From assembly GCA_000934665.2 (NCBI GenBank), contig JYFJ02001976.1, positions 1-64,000 on the forward strand: a stretch of 64,000 nucleotides of DNA, given 5' to 3'. Below are positions 1-13,439 of this stretch, in pieces. The position numbers were made by a program, and so were the translations under genes. This DNA is from Catajapyx aquilonaris. Taxonomy: Eukaryota. The first letter of the stretch is position 1; the number at the start of each line of letters is the position of its first letter. The notes below the pieces were generated by a model, which saw nothing but the letters and a program-made list of their open reading frames with translations, was not told the origin of the DNA and did not search any database.

Positions 1-2224
1 ACTTGAAAAGCATTAATAACAGGGTTTTTGTTTTGTTTTTGGCACACGAATATTTTTTAAGAATATTTACGCGTTTTGAGCGCCATATAACGTACATTGA
101 CAATTTTCATGTTTAAGATACCGTTGGATAGGTATTTAATCCTTCTATATGTTTCACTAGGTAACTGGTTGTAATCTGAAATAATAAAAACAAAAAAGCA
201 CATGTAAAAAATAATGGTTTAGTGGGAAAATTTAACTTTGGTGTATTATAACTGATTTATTATCAAATAATATCATTAGTATCTTCATCTGTATCGGTGT
301 CTTCCATGGATGACTCATACACAATCGGGTTGACATCTTCTTCTGCTTCTGTTTCTATAAGGACAGATTCCCATTCAGGGTTTCGTTGGATTGATGCAAC
401 TGAACTCCACTTGGAAGTGAGGGTATGGTGTACGTGACGTGTAGCAATCCATGTTCCTTCAACTGCAGTTTAATACGAGTATTAACGATTAGGATCATCT
501 ACAATGACCCAGTGAACAAACGATTGTGCGAAGCCCGAGCACGTAAATGGCGGCAGTTGCGATATTATGATTCCGCCAGCAGATTGCTTCCCAACCCGGA
601 TTCATTTAGACAACTCTGTCTTCGAAGTCACTTGCAAGCTTATGAATATAAGAATGCAAGGCTTGCAAAACGGCTGGACCCTACTAACATCGGATGAGAA
701 TCGCACCAAGATGGATTGCTATCCGTCACATACACCATACCCTCACTTCCAAGTGGAGTCCAGTTGCATCAATCCAACGAAACCCTTGAAGGGGAATCTG
801 TCCTAGAAACAGAAGCAGAAGAAGACGTCAACCCGATTGTGTATGACTCATCCATGGAAGACACCGATACAGATGAAGAGTGCAGTGATTGACTTTAGGA
901 TAATCTGTGATGTGGGCTTTCACATGCGCTACGAACATAAAATTAATGACATAGCTTTCAGAACACTAGTTTCCATGCTGATACAGACTCTTTCTCCTTT
1001 AAGGACATTATACTAATGATATTATTTGATAATAAATCAGTTATAACACACCAAAGTTAAATTTTCCCACTAAACCATTTTTACATGTGCTTTTTTGTTT
1101 TTATTATTTCAGATTACAACCAGTTACCTAGTGAAACATATAGAAGGATTAAATACCTATCCAACGGTATCTTAAACATGAAAATTGTCAATGTACGTTA
1201 TATGGCGCTCAAAACGCGTAAATATTCTTAAAAAATATTCGTGTGCCAAAAACAAAACAAAAACCCTGCTATTAATGCTTTTCAAGTGATATAAACAATA
1301 CTCCATGTTATTAAAATTCCCGCATTATAAAAAGTTACGCGTTTTGAGCGCCATACATGCAGTGTGTGAGATTTTTGTGTTTCCTCATACCACGTGCTCA
1401 TACCGCGAAGACTGGCCTCCATTTTCCAAAATGGCGGCCAAACGCCCAAATTACAAGAGTGGCTCCCACGCATTAACATTCCCTATTCAAAGACCTTTCA
1501 TTTGATATATTTTGGAAGGGTATCGGAGTCATACAGCGTAAGTTATGCGCACTGGACTGCTTTCGCAGAAATCCAAGATGGCGGCCAATATGGCGGCTTT
1601 CCCATGTTTAGATTTTCCTAGACGTTTGGTCTGTTGTTCGGGATAGTTTTCTGAGTCTAAAACAGCTTACTTTGTGTCTATTACAATTTGTTTCATGATT
1701 TGCCTATTTTTCGCCGAAGATAACTTGCTAATTGGACATGTGTTAAACGTAAGATTACTTCACTCCTAATTATCCGATTAGGCCAGTCTTGGTACGAAAA
1801 TGTTTGCAATTACATTTTCTCACACTTTTGTTTCGACAAAATCTTTCGTCGGTAAACAAAAACAAAGTTATCAGTAAAAAAGGGCATCGTAATTGTTCAA
1901 TTTTCCAGTCTTCACGCATAAAACCGGCTGTAACTTTGGAACTACTACCACCAGGATGTTATATTTGGCACCTAACTGTCTGCCATACAATTCTCTGTAA
2001 CCTTTATAGAGGGGAACATTGCTCTCAAATGCACCACAGCGGAGTTATAAGCAAAAACGTGAAAGGAGGCGGCGGCCATTTTGGATTCAAGATGGCGGCC
2101 AAACGCCAAGATTACAAAAATGGCTCCCAGGCTAAATTTCATCCTTAGGATGTCAAAAATGATCTGCGATCATAAAAAAGGTCCCCTCAAAAAACGCACG
2201 GGTTTCGGTTTCTCGACCGGACTA
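1..2224. mobile_element. Academ-superfamily-derived foldback DNA transposon (left part runs off the window)
   Basis: 1-~453 is the reverse complement of ~710-1287, except that ~881-1010 is absent from the left arm. The right end reads ...TCTCGACCGGACTA (2224), i.e. a TAGTCCGG terminus as recalled for Academ. Repeated CAA(G/A)ATGGCGGCC motifs occur at 1427, 1574 and 2088, and an Academ-like ORF remnant lies in the centre. Confidence 0.75.
455..892 (+). pseudogene. C-terminal fragment of an Academ-type transposon protein, one in-frame stop
   Basis: The frame of ORF 425-697 reads IRIIY...EARARKWRQ...SRLLPNPDSFRQLCLRSHLQAYEYKN...LDPTNIG*, resembling the recalled Academ motif RLPP..DSL.QH..RA.YQ..W....DP..GW; TGA at 695-697 likely replaced TGG. 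The same frame continues open through an acidic tail (ETEAEEDV...EDTDTDEECSD) to TGA at 890-892. Confidence 0.7.
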
Positions 2225-4133
2225 TAATGCTTCCCCTGTTTTTACGGTCGCTGATTTCGATTTTTAGGTCATTTTGAAGCTATACCTACAGGGTGTACTA
2301 AAAATCACCATGGAATCTACGAACGTGTATAAGAAGCATTACAAGTAGGTGAAAATAAAATTAAACGATGTTTTCGCTGTCCTAATTTTGATTGTTTACG
2401 TTATTTTGTACCAGGACATACAGGGTGTACCATAGAAAGACCATCGAATTTATGAACTTGTGGAATCTACATTGTAAGTACGGATATGTGAGATGAGGTG
2501 AGATATGTGAATTCTCCTTAACCCATCGCGATTTTCTGAGGTATTTTATGCCTCAAACCAGAGCAAACCAGAGGGTTCCTTTGGGACTAATAATATTATT
2601 TATGTCCCAACACTCTAAAGAAATAGAGTTAAAAAACTCAATAAGAGTTAAATTAACTCTTTTAAACCTTGAAAGTGGTCATTACCAAAAATGAGTTATA
2701 ATAACTCTTTGCTGGAGTTAAAACAACTCTTTTAGTTCATTTCATCCTCCGAAAGAGTTATTCATTCACTCTTTCGGAGGATGAAATGAACTAAAAGAGT
2801 TGTTTTAACTCCAGCAAAGAGTTATTATAACTCATTTTTGGTAATGACCACTTTCAAGGTTTAAAAGAGTTAATTTAACTCTTATTTTTTTTAGAGAGAA
2901 GGTAGCATTTTGTGAGGTGGGGTCGCACCGTAATACCAATACTGCAGTAATTCAGTGCACCATGAATATGAAGTGGCCCCTGAAAGTGAATAACGTAGAA
3001 TATTTCCTTCAGCTGCGGATCACTGCCGCTGATACTTACTTGGATAGTTTCCCTATTATCCTCTGGTCAACTTAAATCCAATTTCATCACTGACTCGTAC
3101 TGACTCCGTTTTGTATGCCTAATTGAACTTAAAAATTTGTGAAAATTTGTGGAATGTTACCAGTTGAAATTTCTCGGATTTCCAAGAAATAAGTACCCAT
3201 TATAGATATTCTGTTAACATTATGCAATCATGTCAAAAGCAGGCGCGTTACGATGAATCAGAAGAATGCTGAATGTTTGAACAGCGCATTTGGTATATTA
3301 TTTCCTGTTACTTTTGGAGTGTTTATGGTGTTTATGATACATTTTGTTGGTCTGGGTTGCAAGTTTCCTCAAAATTTAAATCAGCGACCGTAAAAACTGG
3401 GGAAACATTACTTTCACCTACACATATAGGCATAATATCAAATTCTATCATGTTATACAGTACTATTTATTCCGCGACATCTCAAATTTGAAGGGGTTTT
3501 TGATACAGGCTCTTGGTCTGGGTTCAGTGTAGCCTAAAAATCAAAATCATTATCCACCAACATACGGTAAAATATTATTTTCACTTATCCGTACTTATAA
3601 CGTAGATTCCACAAGTTCTTGAATTCGATGGTATTTTTATGGTACACTCTGTATGTCCTGGTACAAAATAACCTAAAAAATCAAAATAATTAGGACCGCG
3701 AAAACATCGGGAAATGTTATTTTCACCTACTTGTAATGCTTATTATACACGTTAGTCAATTCCATAGTGTGTTTTTAGTACACCATGTAGGTATAGCTTC
3801 AAAATAACCCAAAAATCGAAATCAGTAGCCGCGAAAACATGGGGAGAAGTGTTTTTTACGTTCTTATACGGTTCAGTAGTTGAGGAACTATCATTTTCTA
3901 TCTTGTTTTTTCTGATATTTTGGCCACTGTGTGGGAGTGTGGCGTCAGTGGCGGACACCGGAGGTATGGCAGAAGAACTGACAGCCAACACTATCCAAGA
4001 TATGCATTTTGGGAATAATTGTCAACCCAATACTAATTTATTGCAGAGAAACTGTCCAAACCCGGATCTAGACGGAAATATGCACGGTTTTGCGATCTGT
4101 TCCCAAGGAGTTTTAACTGCGGTGGAGACCGTA
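2225..4133. mobile_element. Long-TIR non-autonomous DNA element, possibly Chapaev (CMC)-like; left arm interrupted by the Academ element
   Basis: ~2228-2490 is a diverged reverse complement of ~3570-3850. Related subrepeats occur at ~3370, 3535, 3675 and 3810. The reverse complement of the right end reads (T)ACGGTCTCCACCGCAGTTAAAACTCCTTGGGAACAGAT, similar to recalled Chapaev termini. Confidence 0.5.
2611..2898. mobile_element. CACTA/EnSpm-like palindromic MITE
   Basis: Termini are CACTCTAAAGAA...TTTTTTAGAGAG with a 2-bp AA flank on both sides. Perfect 118-bp inverted arms at 2641-2758 and 2768-2885 enclose a 9-nt loop. Confidence 0.85.
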
Positions 4134-5563
4134 ATGTTTATAGCTTAAGACATTGCCAGTGATGATGCCCACACACAACCTTCTGTACACCCATCTCACT
4201 CTCCCTTCCTCCTCCCTGTAGCAGTAAAAATACGGTAGAGCACAATGGACCTGAGACGAGCTGGCGAAGAGAGCTTACCGAATGCATTCACATATCCGCG
4301 ATTCCGTACTCAACACCCCACTGCAACTCCTTTTTTTCCATATAGGTTTTTCCGTCAAACCCCCGTGACCTTAGATCGGCATATCAGTATAGTTAGGTGG
4401 GTTGCCGCTTCGCTTTAGTTGCAGCACTTGTTCCGTTCCTGTAGTTACTTTAACCAACAGGCGACACACAGCGAATCTGGTGGTGGAACACGGACTCCCA
4501 AACCGCCCATTATATTCTAATAGGCATGGTCTGTTCGTTTCTTATTTGCATTCAGGACTGTTCGAATCCACGTTCTCATCATCCGTTCTGAATAATAGTA
4601 ATAATTTTCGCCGCAGTGTTGGGGTGTCGCTCCATACACTTTAGTGGATCAGCGAGCGGGTGGGTCTCTAAAGATCAACGTGATAAGAGGGCAAGTTGCC
4701 AGACCTTATACACAGTAGGCCTACTCAACGACCGATTCGGCGGCCCGCAGCGGTGGAGGGGACGGGTGGGTAGAGCAGGAGGAAGGGTTGAGATACCTGA
4801 GGGAGAAGGCGACCAATGCTTGCATTCGGCACGACAGCAATCAAATGAATAGTTCCTCCTCCCACCCACCAGAGGCGCTGCTTACTCCCATTGCGCAGTC
4901 GCAGAACGGGGACAAATCAGCAGTGTCGCACAAACAATATACAGGGGCAATGCGAGGCTACAGTCACACACCATGATTACTGAGCACATTATTATTCAAG
5001 GAAAGATTCTGCAATATCGTTAGAAAGTCATTCTTAATGCGGGATAACATAGCATGAAGGTGTGTGGGTTGGTGGGTCTGTACCACTGACACAATTTCGA
5101 AACTGCGACAGTCACTCTGACGGCAATTATAGGGTACATAATTGTCTCTGTGTTTGCGCTGTAGTCTAAACGTTAAAAAAACTTATCGGAATTTTTGACC
5201 ACACGACCTCATGTCCATTCCGCATTTTACGCGAATTTATCATTTTCGTCGTAGTGTATTTATCATGGCGTATCTTATCGCTCTCGCCAATTATATACCC
5301 ATCTAAAAATGAGACCACAGATATTAATAAATCGGGTTATCTCGCATGCAAACACGCAACTGTGAACATGCACGAGAACCTTACTATGCTCCAATTCTGA
5401 TATTATTGTCATCCACTACTATAGGTACGCAGTTTTAATAAATTTTTATGTATTATACCCTATATTACAATATCAGTGCGAATATAATAATAGTAATGTG
5501 AATAAGTGAAGATATTTTGAAGCTGACGCTTTTTGTGAAATAATCTGATCTGATACTTATATA

Positions 5564-5641
5564 AAGTGGCTACACCACCATTAGTTTTAGCACTAGTTTA
5601 GACTACAATCAGTGCTAAAACCGCCCGTGTGTAGACCGCTT
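5564..5641. mobile_element. Tiny degenerate MITE (Harbinger-like)
   Basis: AGTGGCTACAC...GTGTAGACCGCT ends with TAA-like flanks; internal inverted GTTTTAGCACT/AGTGCTAAAAC. Confidence 0.4.
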
Positions 5642-8600
5642 AAGAGTGCTTGGTGTCATGAACCATACAGGATTTCACAAGGGAATGCAGCTTTAGTAGG
5701 CTACTTGGGAGACCAAACCGAGACCAAACAAAAATTCCGCAAATGAAGAAGTTTTTTTCTAAGTCCAGGGTTCGTAACAGAGACGTTTCACTGCATATTA
5801 AACACCCCCAACACTGTTAATTAACTTAGCCTCAGCTTAGCCTACTTGGTACATACATGTGAAATTCATACACTATACAGCGATGGAAGTAATAGCTGAA
5901 TAATTAAGACGTTATAATGAAGACGTTATGCTGAAAGTAATTTTTGTTATTTTGAAAAGACTGGTGTGGTATGAGAATAATATTCCTTTCCAATAAATTC
6001 ATAACAAACATATTGCTTGGAATGTGTACTGTACTACTTTCGTCATATTTTGTTTTCATGCGGCTGTATTGGTGGTTTCCGTATATGTCCAGGGGCAGGC
6101 AATGTTCATCTGAGACCTATATTTTGGGACAAGTAATACTTTGGCGGCAGCTTGACCAGGAGTTCAGGTTCGCCCTGTGTTTTTCCTATTACGAAATTCA
6201 GCACGACTAGAAAATGTAATGAAAGTAGCCATTACGAATCAATATTATTTGAGCACCACGCGAGTCGTAATGTATATCAAATGCATCATATTCACGCCTG
6301 AGTTGTGACTGCGTTGAGCATTTGAATTGTCCAACACGAACACGTCAATCCACCGTTTGACTTCTGGCCTTGTATGATATATCACTCAGCTGGCTCTCGC
6401 CTTTTGGCAGATGCATAATTGATCACTGTTCGAATTTGACGTCATATTTACCGCTCAGGTGTGCATATACTGTGCAGTATGCAGGTACAGTATATTGCCG
6501 CAGCATTTTCAGGACGCTATTACAAGGTAGTTATCTTTGTTGCCATCAATTTTGGAAATTCTAATCAGTATTATTATCAGATAATATTTGTCATAACCAG
6601 TCCCCAAAAAGTATCAGATTCCAAAGTAACGTACTGCTTTAATATTAACAGCTTACTGCTTAGGACAAAAATTGCTTACCACTGGGACAATCCAGTTCCA
6701 CGACACAATACGAACTTACTAGTACCTTATATTAGGCATAATATCAATTTTAATGAGCCTTGCTGAAGTATGTAGGCCTACCTTAAAATAAGCAAACAAA
6801 ATGTTATTATTTGAATCCAGTGTCCGTAATGTACTCGTATAATCATTAGAACATGCCTTCAGTACATTGTAAACACGAATGAATGAGGCAAAATAAATTC
6901 AAATAAATAATACGGATGGATGCACAGCATTAAGAGAATGAAACCGATACTAGAACTTAATCTCTGAATGGTGGAAAAGAAATTACTTGGGAGATAGGGA
7001 CAATCTGCCTGATGTCAAGTTCCGCTTTAAGTCTGAGGAGGATACGAAAAAACATTCTATGTCTTAGACTAACTGGGGATCAATAATCTCCCTGCAGGGC
7101 GCTTATTGCGATCAGATTTGTAAGTATAATGAGGTGGTGATTACGCCTGGAGATAATTATAGTGCTGTCGTAATGAGAGTTTACATCATTGCAAAAGGGA
7201 TGTTAAAACGTAGACCGGAGACTACTGGAATTATATGGGATTCTCACCCACATGGTTATCACTGGCAAAGAAGTCCAATTCATGCCAATGTAGTCTACAA
7301 ACACATGCTTTGGAAATACTCTGCAAGGTGATTAGTAATAGATGAGAAAGTTCTCAAAAAAAGTCTCGACGTACGGTATAGGTGCCAATAGTAAGTTGAA
7401 GCATATTTGATGAAATGACTTAGCCACATTTGTCTCAGTCTCCAGAATAAACTGGCGAACGTCCTTAGGAGGAAATAATATGGCACGTAGGTGCCCCTGC
7501 ACCAAGAAATGAAGAGATGTGGCGCGAATGAATAAATTTTGCTGGCTGCTGATAATATAAGGTAACGGCTCGCGGTCGTCATAAATAAAGGGCTGAAAAC
7601 GAGGGGTGGGGAAAGGGCTGGGTTTATTATATCAAGACCCCAATGAGGTTTTTACGGCCTGCCATTCCTTCTCTACCGAGGAAAGAAAAGTTTTCATGAT
7701 ACAGGGGGAGTTTTGACGGCGTGTTTGAAAAGGGGTTTAGTCGAGAAGGGAGGGGAGGGGAGGGAAAATTCATTATCCAACTCGGAGGCAAGTCGAGGAG
7801 CTTGAGCCTCAAAGCGAGTCAAAATCATAGCCATAATTTGTCACCAACTTCGCTTCATCCGCCAATTTAAGTCGGTGGATACTGTATTCAATTCACCTTG
7901 ATGTACGTCACATGTTTCATTTTTAGGTCGCATTTTGTCAGCCTGAGACGATGATGATCGATTTGGTGTTTATACTGGACAAACTCTTAGTATCATACTC
8001 AGAGGCAGTATATTTCATTTCCACTGTATTGCTGCATTGTTTGTAAATTAGTAAATGCTGTCAAACTTAATTGTTTCTTGCAGGGACGAAAATAATAAGG
8101 CCACCTTAAGGAACAGAAATTTTGCTAGGCTTATTTATTACTCCGATTCATTGGAATACCTAATGGTTTGAAAGTTTAAACCTTTTCCCTTCAACGAAGA
8201 AAACTATAATAATATTGACGGTATAAAAAGTTTCCCGAGTTAAAAAAAAACAACACCACCACCATCGCATTTCCCTATAAAAGGGGTAGTCAGCGATGAA
8301 GGGAGACGCAAGTTAACCACACATAAACTTGTAACAATAAAACAATTACTATAAACAACCCGTCCCACCCACCCCCCAACCTTGCCCATCTGAGACGACG
8401 GACAGGGTGGCATGTACCCTCTGCAAATGGCATATTAGAGACTCGGGTCTGCAACAAAGCCACTGCGCTTGGGTGATCATAAATGAACCTTGTGTGTTCC
8501 GATTGTTGTCGGATTTTCTTGGTACGGTATCTTCAAACACTTTTTCTGGACTGATGAACTGACTGCAATGCAAGTGTAATTCACAGCCATAAATTTGCAT

Positions 8601-8750
8601 GATTTAAGAAGTTAATTATGACATTTTGTACGCGGTTGCTCTGGAGCGAATGAACAAATTGGATCGACTTTGCTATAATTATCAGTCTTTAAAGGAACAT
8701 CGGAGTTGGAAAATAACTAGCTGTTTATCCAGGGAAGCGTGGACTATTTC

Positions 8751-8963
8751 AGTGATCCGGTATAACGATAAGTTGGTCAAGTTGGATTACGAGCAATACC
8801 GTACTTTTTGTCGCCTCAAAACATGAGACATCGATTGTTTTTACTGCTACCGGCTGTTAAAAACGTGCATAAAAGGAGCGGGATACAATCGATGAGGAGT
8901 TCCAGGCGACAAACATGGCGTCCTTAATCCAACTTGACCAACCTCTCTACGTATGGGACCACT
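8751..8963. mobile_element. Degenerate palindromic MITE, family unassigned
   Basis: Perfect 18-bp IR GTTGGTCAAGTTGGATTA (8772-8789) / TAATCCAACTTGACCAAC (8925-8942), plus inner IRs TTTGTCGCCT/AGGCGACAAA and CATCGATTGT/ACAATCGATG. Confidence 0.6.
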
Positions 8964-11209
8964 AGACTACCTATTTACCAATGGTTTCCTTAGAAACAAG
9001 GCACTGTGGCCATTTTCTTCAACAGTACGGAACAAAGTAGGCCTAGAGATCAAGACTGGAATATGGGGCAGCACTCTAGGGGTGGGGGTTGGAACAAACA
9101 AGCAATTCAAGCCTTGGTGAGTGTCGCGTTTGTGCAAGGCATTTTTCCACAAGAATTCAAAGCTACTTTTTTTCTACTAGAGGTCAGAAAATTCCGCTTT
9201 GCCAATTAAATCCAGCTTTTATTATTAATTTTCAACTCAAATAAATGACGTTCGGTCTCCCTCCACCTTCTTCTCTAATGATAACGTACCGGTACGTTAA
9301 ATTATATTATTACAGCATCCCCAGCAGCCATTAAAACGGACCGGTCGGGACAATTTAGCCCTCCACTACAGTCTTACATAAGCAGTGTGTATTTTTCAAT
9401 GTATTACAACATTTGCTGTTCTCCCAGAAAGTATTGAGATAAACGTTTCGTTCTAGGTATAGCACATGGGTGCCTTATGTAGCCCTACAACGGCTTGATA
9501 TCCAGCCGGCAAATCCAAACCACTAACATGCCCACAGCTCAGAAAACATACGATCGGCTCTACCAGGAGGCAACGGAATACCAATCACATCTCAAGCATT
9601 CCAGCACAACCTGGGAAAGACGACATGAAGTGTTTAGCCCGTCCTAGTATTTTCGTTGCCAATAGCACATAATAGCGCTTGAGTGGAAGGCTAAACACGT
9701 CCTGCTTGGTTGTCAGTTCGCTACACCGCTCTTCTGTTCCTGAATTTGTACGCCACGATGCTTTCAGAGAGCACATTTCTCCATCCTAATAAGCGAAACA
9801 ATCAGTGCCGAAATCTGTAAGTGTTCTGGCAAAGCACTTGCCTGGTCGTCGTCAGCGCCGAGACAATTCCCTCTCACTCCGAGGGACACGGTAATTTACA
9901 ACACCAATATGCTTCTACCCGTTGAACATTAACGTGGCTGCGGAAAGAATTAATGGCCCAGGGGCTCGCAAACTTCAACCGTGCCTTCGGGGGTTTCCCG
10001 GCGAATTCATTCGGAGTTGGTTCTGAAGAAACCAGCTTCAAAAGAAGAAATTTTTAGGCTCCCCACAAGCACAACGAAATGGCGACCGGAAGGAAAAATC
10101 ACTAGACTAGCATTTAGTATGAACAATGGGATTGGTTGAAATCATAAACTACCTACTGATTGAAATGTTCCACATGTTGGATATTCGACCCACACCAGCT
10201 CTTAGGGTCTCTTGCAGGATGTGTTTTCCTGAAGGGCGTTCTCCTTAGCACTGAATTAAGTTGTTGTCGTCTTCTCCTGCTTTCACATTTTACCCTTCTT
10301 ACTTGGGGTCAACAACATCGGACACGTGTGGAGTTAGCATGCAGAGTCTAGATAGTATTGACAGACCTCCCCATGAGCCCAGTTCTTTAGCATAGTAGCT
10401 GCGCTCATGAGCAGGTCAGAGGAACAATGTAAAAGTAGAGCACATACTGCAGGTTGCTTTGAAAATCCCTTGTTTTCCTTGGAAAGTAGCTGGTGCAAAA
10501 ATTAAATCCAAAAAAACTCCTTTACACCGACGCTTCAATAAAAAAAACTTCTTGCGGTTAATGCACAATGAAATTTAATGAGTCGACAGAACCAAATTTT
10601 CTCCATTAGCAATTTTATGTGTGCTGATGACCTCATAACCAGGGTTCATTAGGGGACGAAGGTGGGTCGTTTGAATGGGAATTAGGCTGTTCAGAGAGAC
10701 AAGGACGCGGAGGCACAAGAGAGAGGTTTTGCTGCCTGTTTTATATGATGCTTTATTTTCATCGTATGGTACGCTGGAGAAAGATTCTACATTTCCCCTG
10801 TTAATTTTTCCTTTACTCTCAGCAGTAGACTACCCGGCTTGCCACAAGATTTTTTTAAAACAGTGCTTTGGACAAATAAACAACTTATTAAACTTATGTA
10901 CGCTCCAGAGCATTAGCATATACCAATCTATATGATACAGTTGCTGGAGAGCAACTTTGTTACCATAGACCAACGAATTGTGGCACATATAACGCGTGCA
11001 TGACACTAAATCGTAATACTGTATATTGATAAGGTTACTATACCGGTGCATGCTTCCAGCACATTTAGCCACAACAGGCAAGCACCTCAGTCAGAAGCAA
11101 AATTACTGTAAAATTATTAATATTCTCTTTGTATACGAATTATTTGTTTAAAAAAAATCTGCATTTAGTAGTAGGCTACAGTACGTCAGTGAATTATGAT
11201 GGCCATATA

Positions 11210-11540
11210 CATGGTGCCCAATATTTTTTATCCGAACAGTTATCGGAAAATTGCGCGTAGCTGCTACTTTTTAAGCAGTGACTTGGAACCGGTGATTTGT
11301 CGGAGGAATGGAGAATGGGGAAAAAGAGGGTCACACATCCCATGGCATGCGGGACCCTCTTTTTTCCAGGCTTGACCCTCAATTTTCAGGGGGCAGCACG
11401 TATGCCACTTCAACCTACGATTCGCAGGGAATATTCCCCGTTCCTCCGAAAATTCACCGTTTGCAAGTCATTGCTTAAAAAAGTAGCAGCTACACGCAAT
11501 TTTTCGATAACTGTTCGGACAAAAAAGATGGGACACCCTG
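11210..11540. mobile_element. Tc1/mariner-type MITE
   Basis: TA-CATGGTGCCCA...TGGGACACCCTG-TA with ~100-bp imperfect arms; shares AACAGTTAT..AGCTGCTAC.TTTTAAGCAG with 55805-56201. Confidence 0.85.
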
Positions 11541-12429
11541 TATATAGTAGACATGTTCACATAATCCATTTTCATCTGCGGAAATGAGGCATCTGTATCA
11601 TCTGCTACCGTTATACGTGTGAAGGATAAGTTGCACTGAGAAAGGGAAAAGAGTCCTTTTGTATTCATCATACATGTTCAAACCCCAAGGTTTGGCCGTC
11701 ATAATAACAATGGCAGCTTTTATAACCTCCTCAAACAGCTGGTATCACCCTTGACACAAGTATAGACGATCAGGCAAGCGATCAGGGTTCTAAATATTTC
11801 CCCCCAGGCTGTGGTTAGAAAGAAGTTGTTAGGACGCCAAGAGGGCAAGAGTATCACATTTGATTCCTTTCCCTCTACACAACCAGTGACATTTTGTGAC
11901 AAATATTTTATGCAAGAGGTCAGCAGCTACTTACACCAGCGCAGCGGGTAATCAAGGGAGTTCAGAGAGCACCCAAATGAGTGGTAGCCTATAAGTCGGC
12001 GACATCAGGTGATTCCTGAAGATGTCGGCGAAAGGAAAGTACACAACTAACAGCTTAAACCACTCAAAAGTGCAGGTGAATAACTGGAGCATCCCATATT
12101 CTCAAGCCAGTATATCCAGCCTATAGAAGCAGAAACGTTTTAAAAGAATAATGAGAAAACCTGACACCGATCTTATAATAAACTAACCCACCAAATGTTG
12201 TAATGAGCACCGGGTTCCCAAAATAATTCGGGTTTTATTTAAAACATCTTTTTGGAAAATTTTTACCACGAATATATGCAAATTATTGATTGATCGCCTT
12301 GAAGGAAAAATTTTGAACTCGTAAACCATGACGTAATCTGTTATTTTGCGCAATAAGAGGATAAAAAATTAGTTCCTTCTGCCTTGATTTGTACGGACAG
12401 TTTTTTAAAATTATGAATTAGAATAACTG

Positions 12430-12763
12430 GGGGAGGCACGGTGGCCGAGATGGTAACGTCTCGGCTTGCTATGCGAAAGGTCCCGGGTTCAAATCCCCAC
12501 CCGGGAGCAAACCTTTCGCTTGCGTCATTGGGTCGTGACCCGCGCCTAAGGAGGCGTCTTGGCAACCTGACCTCCTGGGGGACTGCACCTGGCCCACCGC
12601 TGGACAATGCACCTGCACATGTGTCCCCTCCCCAAATCCCCCTACCCTTACCCAATTTCCTAGTATTCCTTGCACCGGAGTTTGAAGGAAAAACTGAATG
12701 GTGGTAGCCCACCCCCATATAACGACCAAGAAGTTGTATCACGGGGTAAATGAAAAATAAATA
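12430..12763 (+). mobile_element. tRNA-derived SINE, family A, full length
   Basis: A-box TGGCCGAGATGG, B-box GGTTCAAATCC, and a tail ...CACGGGGTAAATGAAAAATAAATA. TSD is AATTAGAATAACTG (12416-12429) / AATTTGAATAACTG (12764-12777). A second copy lies at 51919-52222. Confidence 0.9.
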
Positions 12764-13439
12764 AATTTGAATAACTGTTAGAGAGTTCCAGCAGCTAAAC
12801 CAAATGTAGGTTATCACTGAAATGAGGAGAATAAAGGGAACCGTACAATACGTGCATGTTGTATATATACGTAGTGGCTTAATTTTACCATGAAGCTTTC
12901 TGTAAGGCTTTCGTAGATGCTCTCAATTTGCGATGTCATCAACTGCCTTGACAACAGAACTCCTCAGGTGGACAGAGTATACTTGATCCGAACTAATCAG
13001 AGGACTCCTTATTGCGGCGGATGGCTTGTTCGCTATAGAGTATAGGATCTATTTTCGACATCCTGACAGTTGCTCGGCTCTCCTTTCATTTCGAGGTGAT
13101 TGGAGCAGTGCCAATTCTTTTTTAATTACTACACTTCTTCTTGTCTATCATATCATTTTTCTAGACCAATTTCTCTCGAGTCGAAAAAATGCTTCCAAAC
13201 AATTTTGTGATCACTGATAGGACAGTGTAATCTTACGGAACAGGTTGTTTAAGGCCTCTATAAATATTTTATTTTATTTTATCAGCAAGCTTGCTTATCG
13301 TATTAATACATACTAATATTTCACTCGTATTCATGTGTATTATAACAAACGTACTGTAAAAGAAAAGAGCAATCCGATTTTATTCAATGAGAGATTGTTA
13401 AAAAATTCTGATGTGACTAATACAAATATGCAGAATTAG

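Noticed and set aside
4867..4880. CCACCAGAGGCGCTG CTCF-like site
   Set aside because: Single motif with one base missing from the core; insufficient on its own.
4614..5816. CAGTGTTGGGGTGT / ACACCCCCAACACTG as possible hAT TIR pair
   Set aside because: No TSD and no subterminal symmetry.
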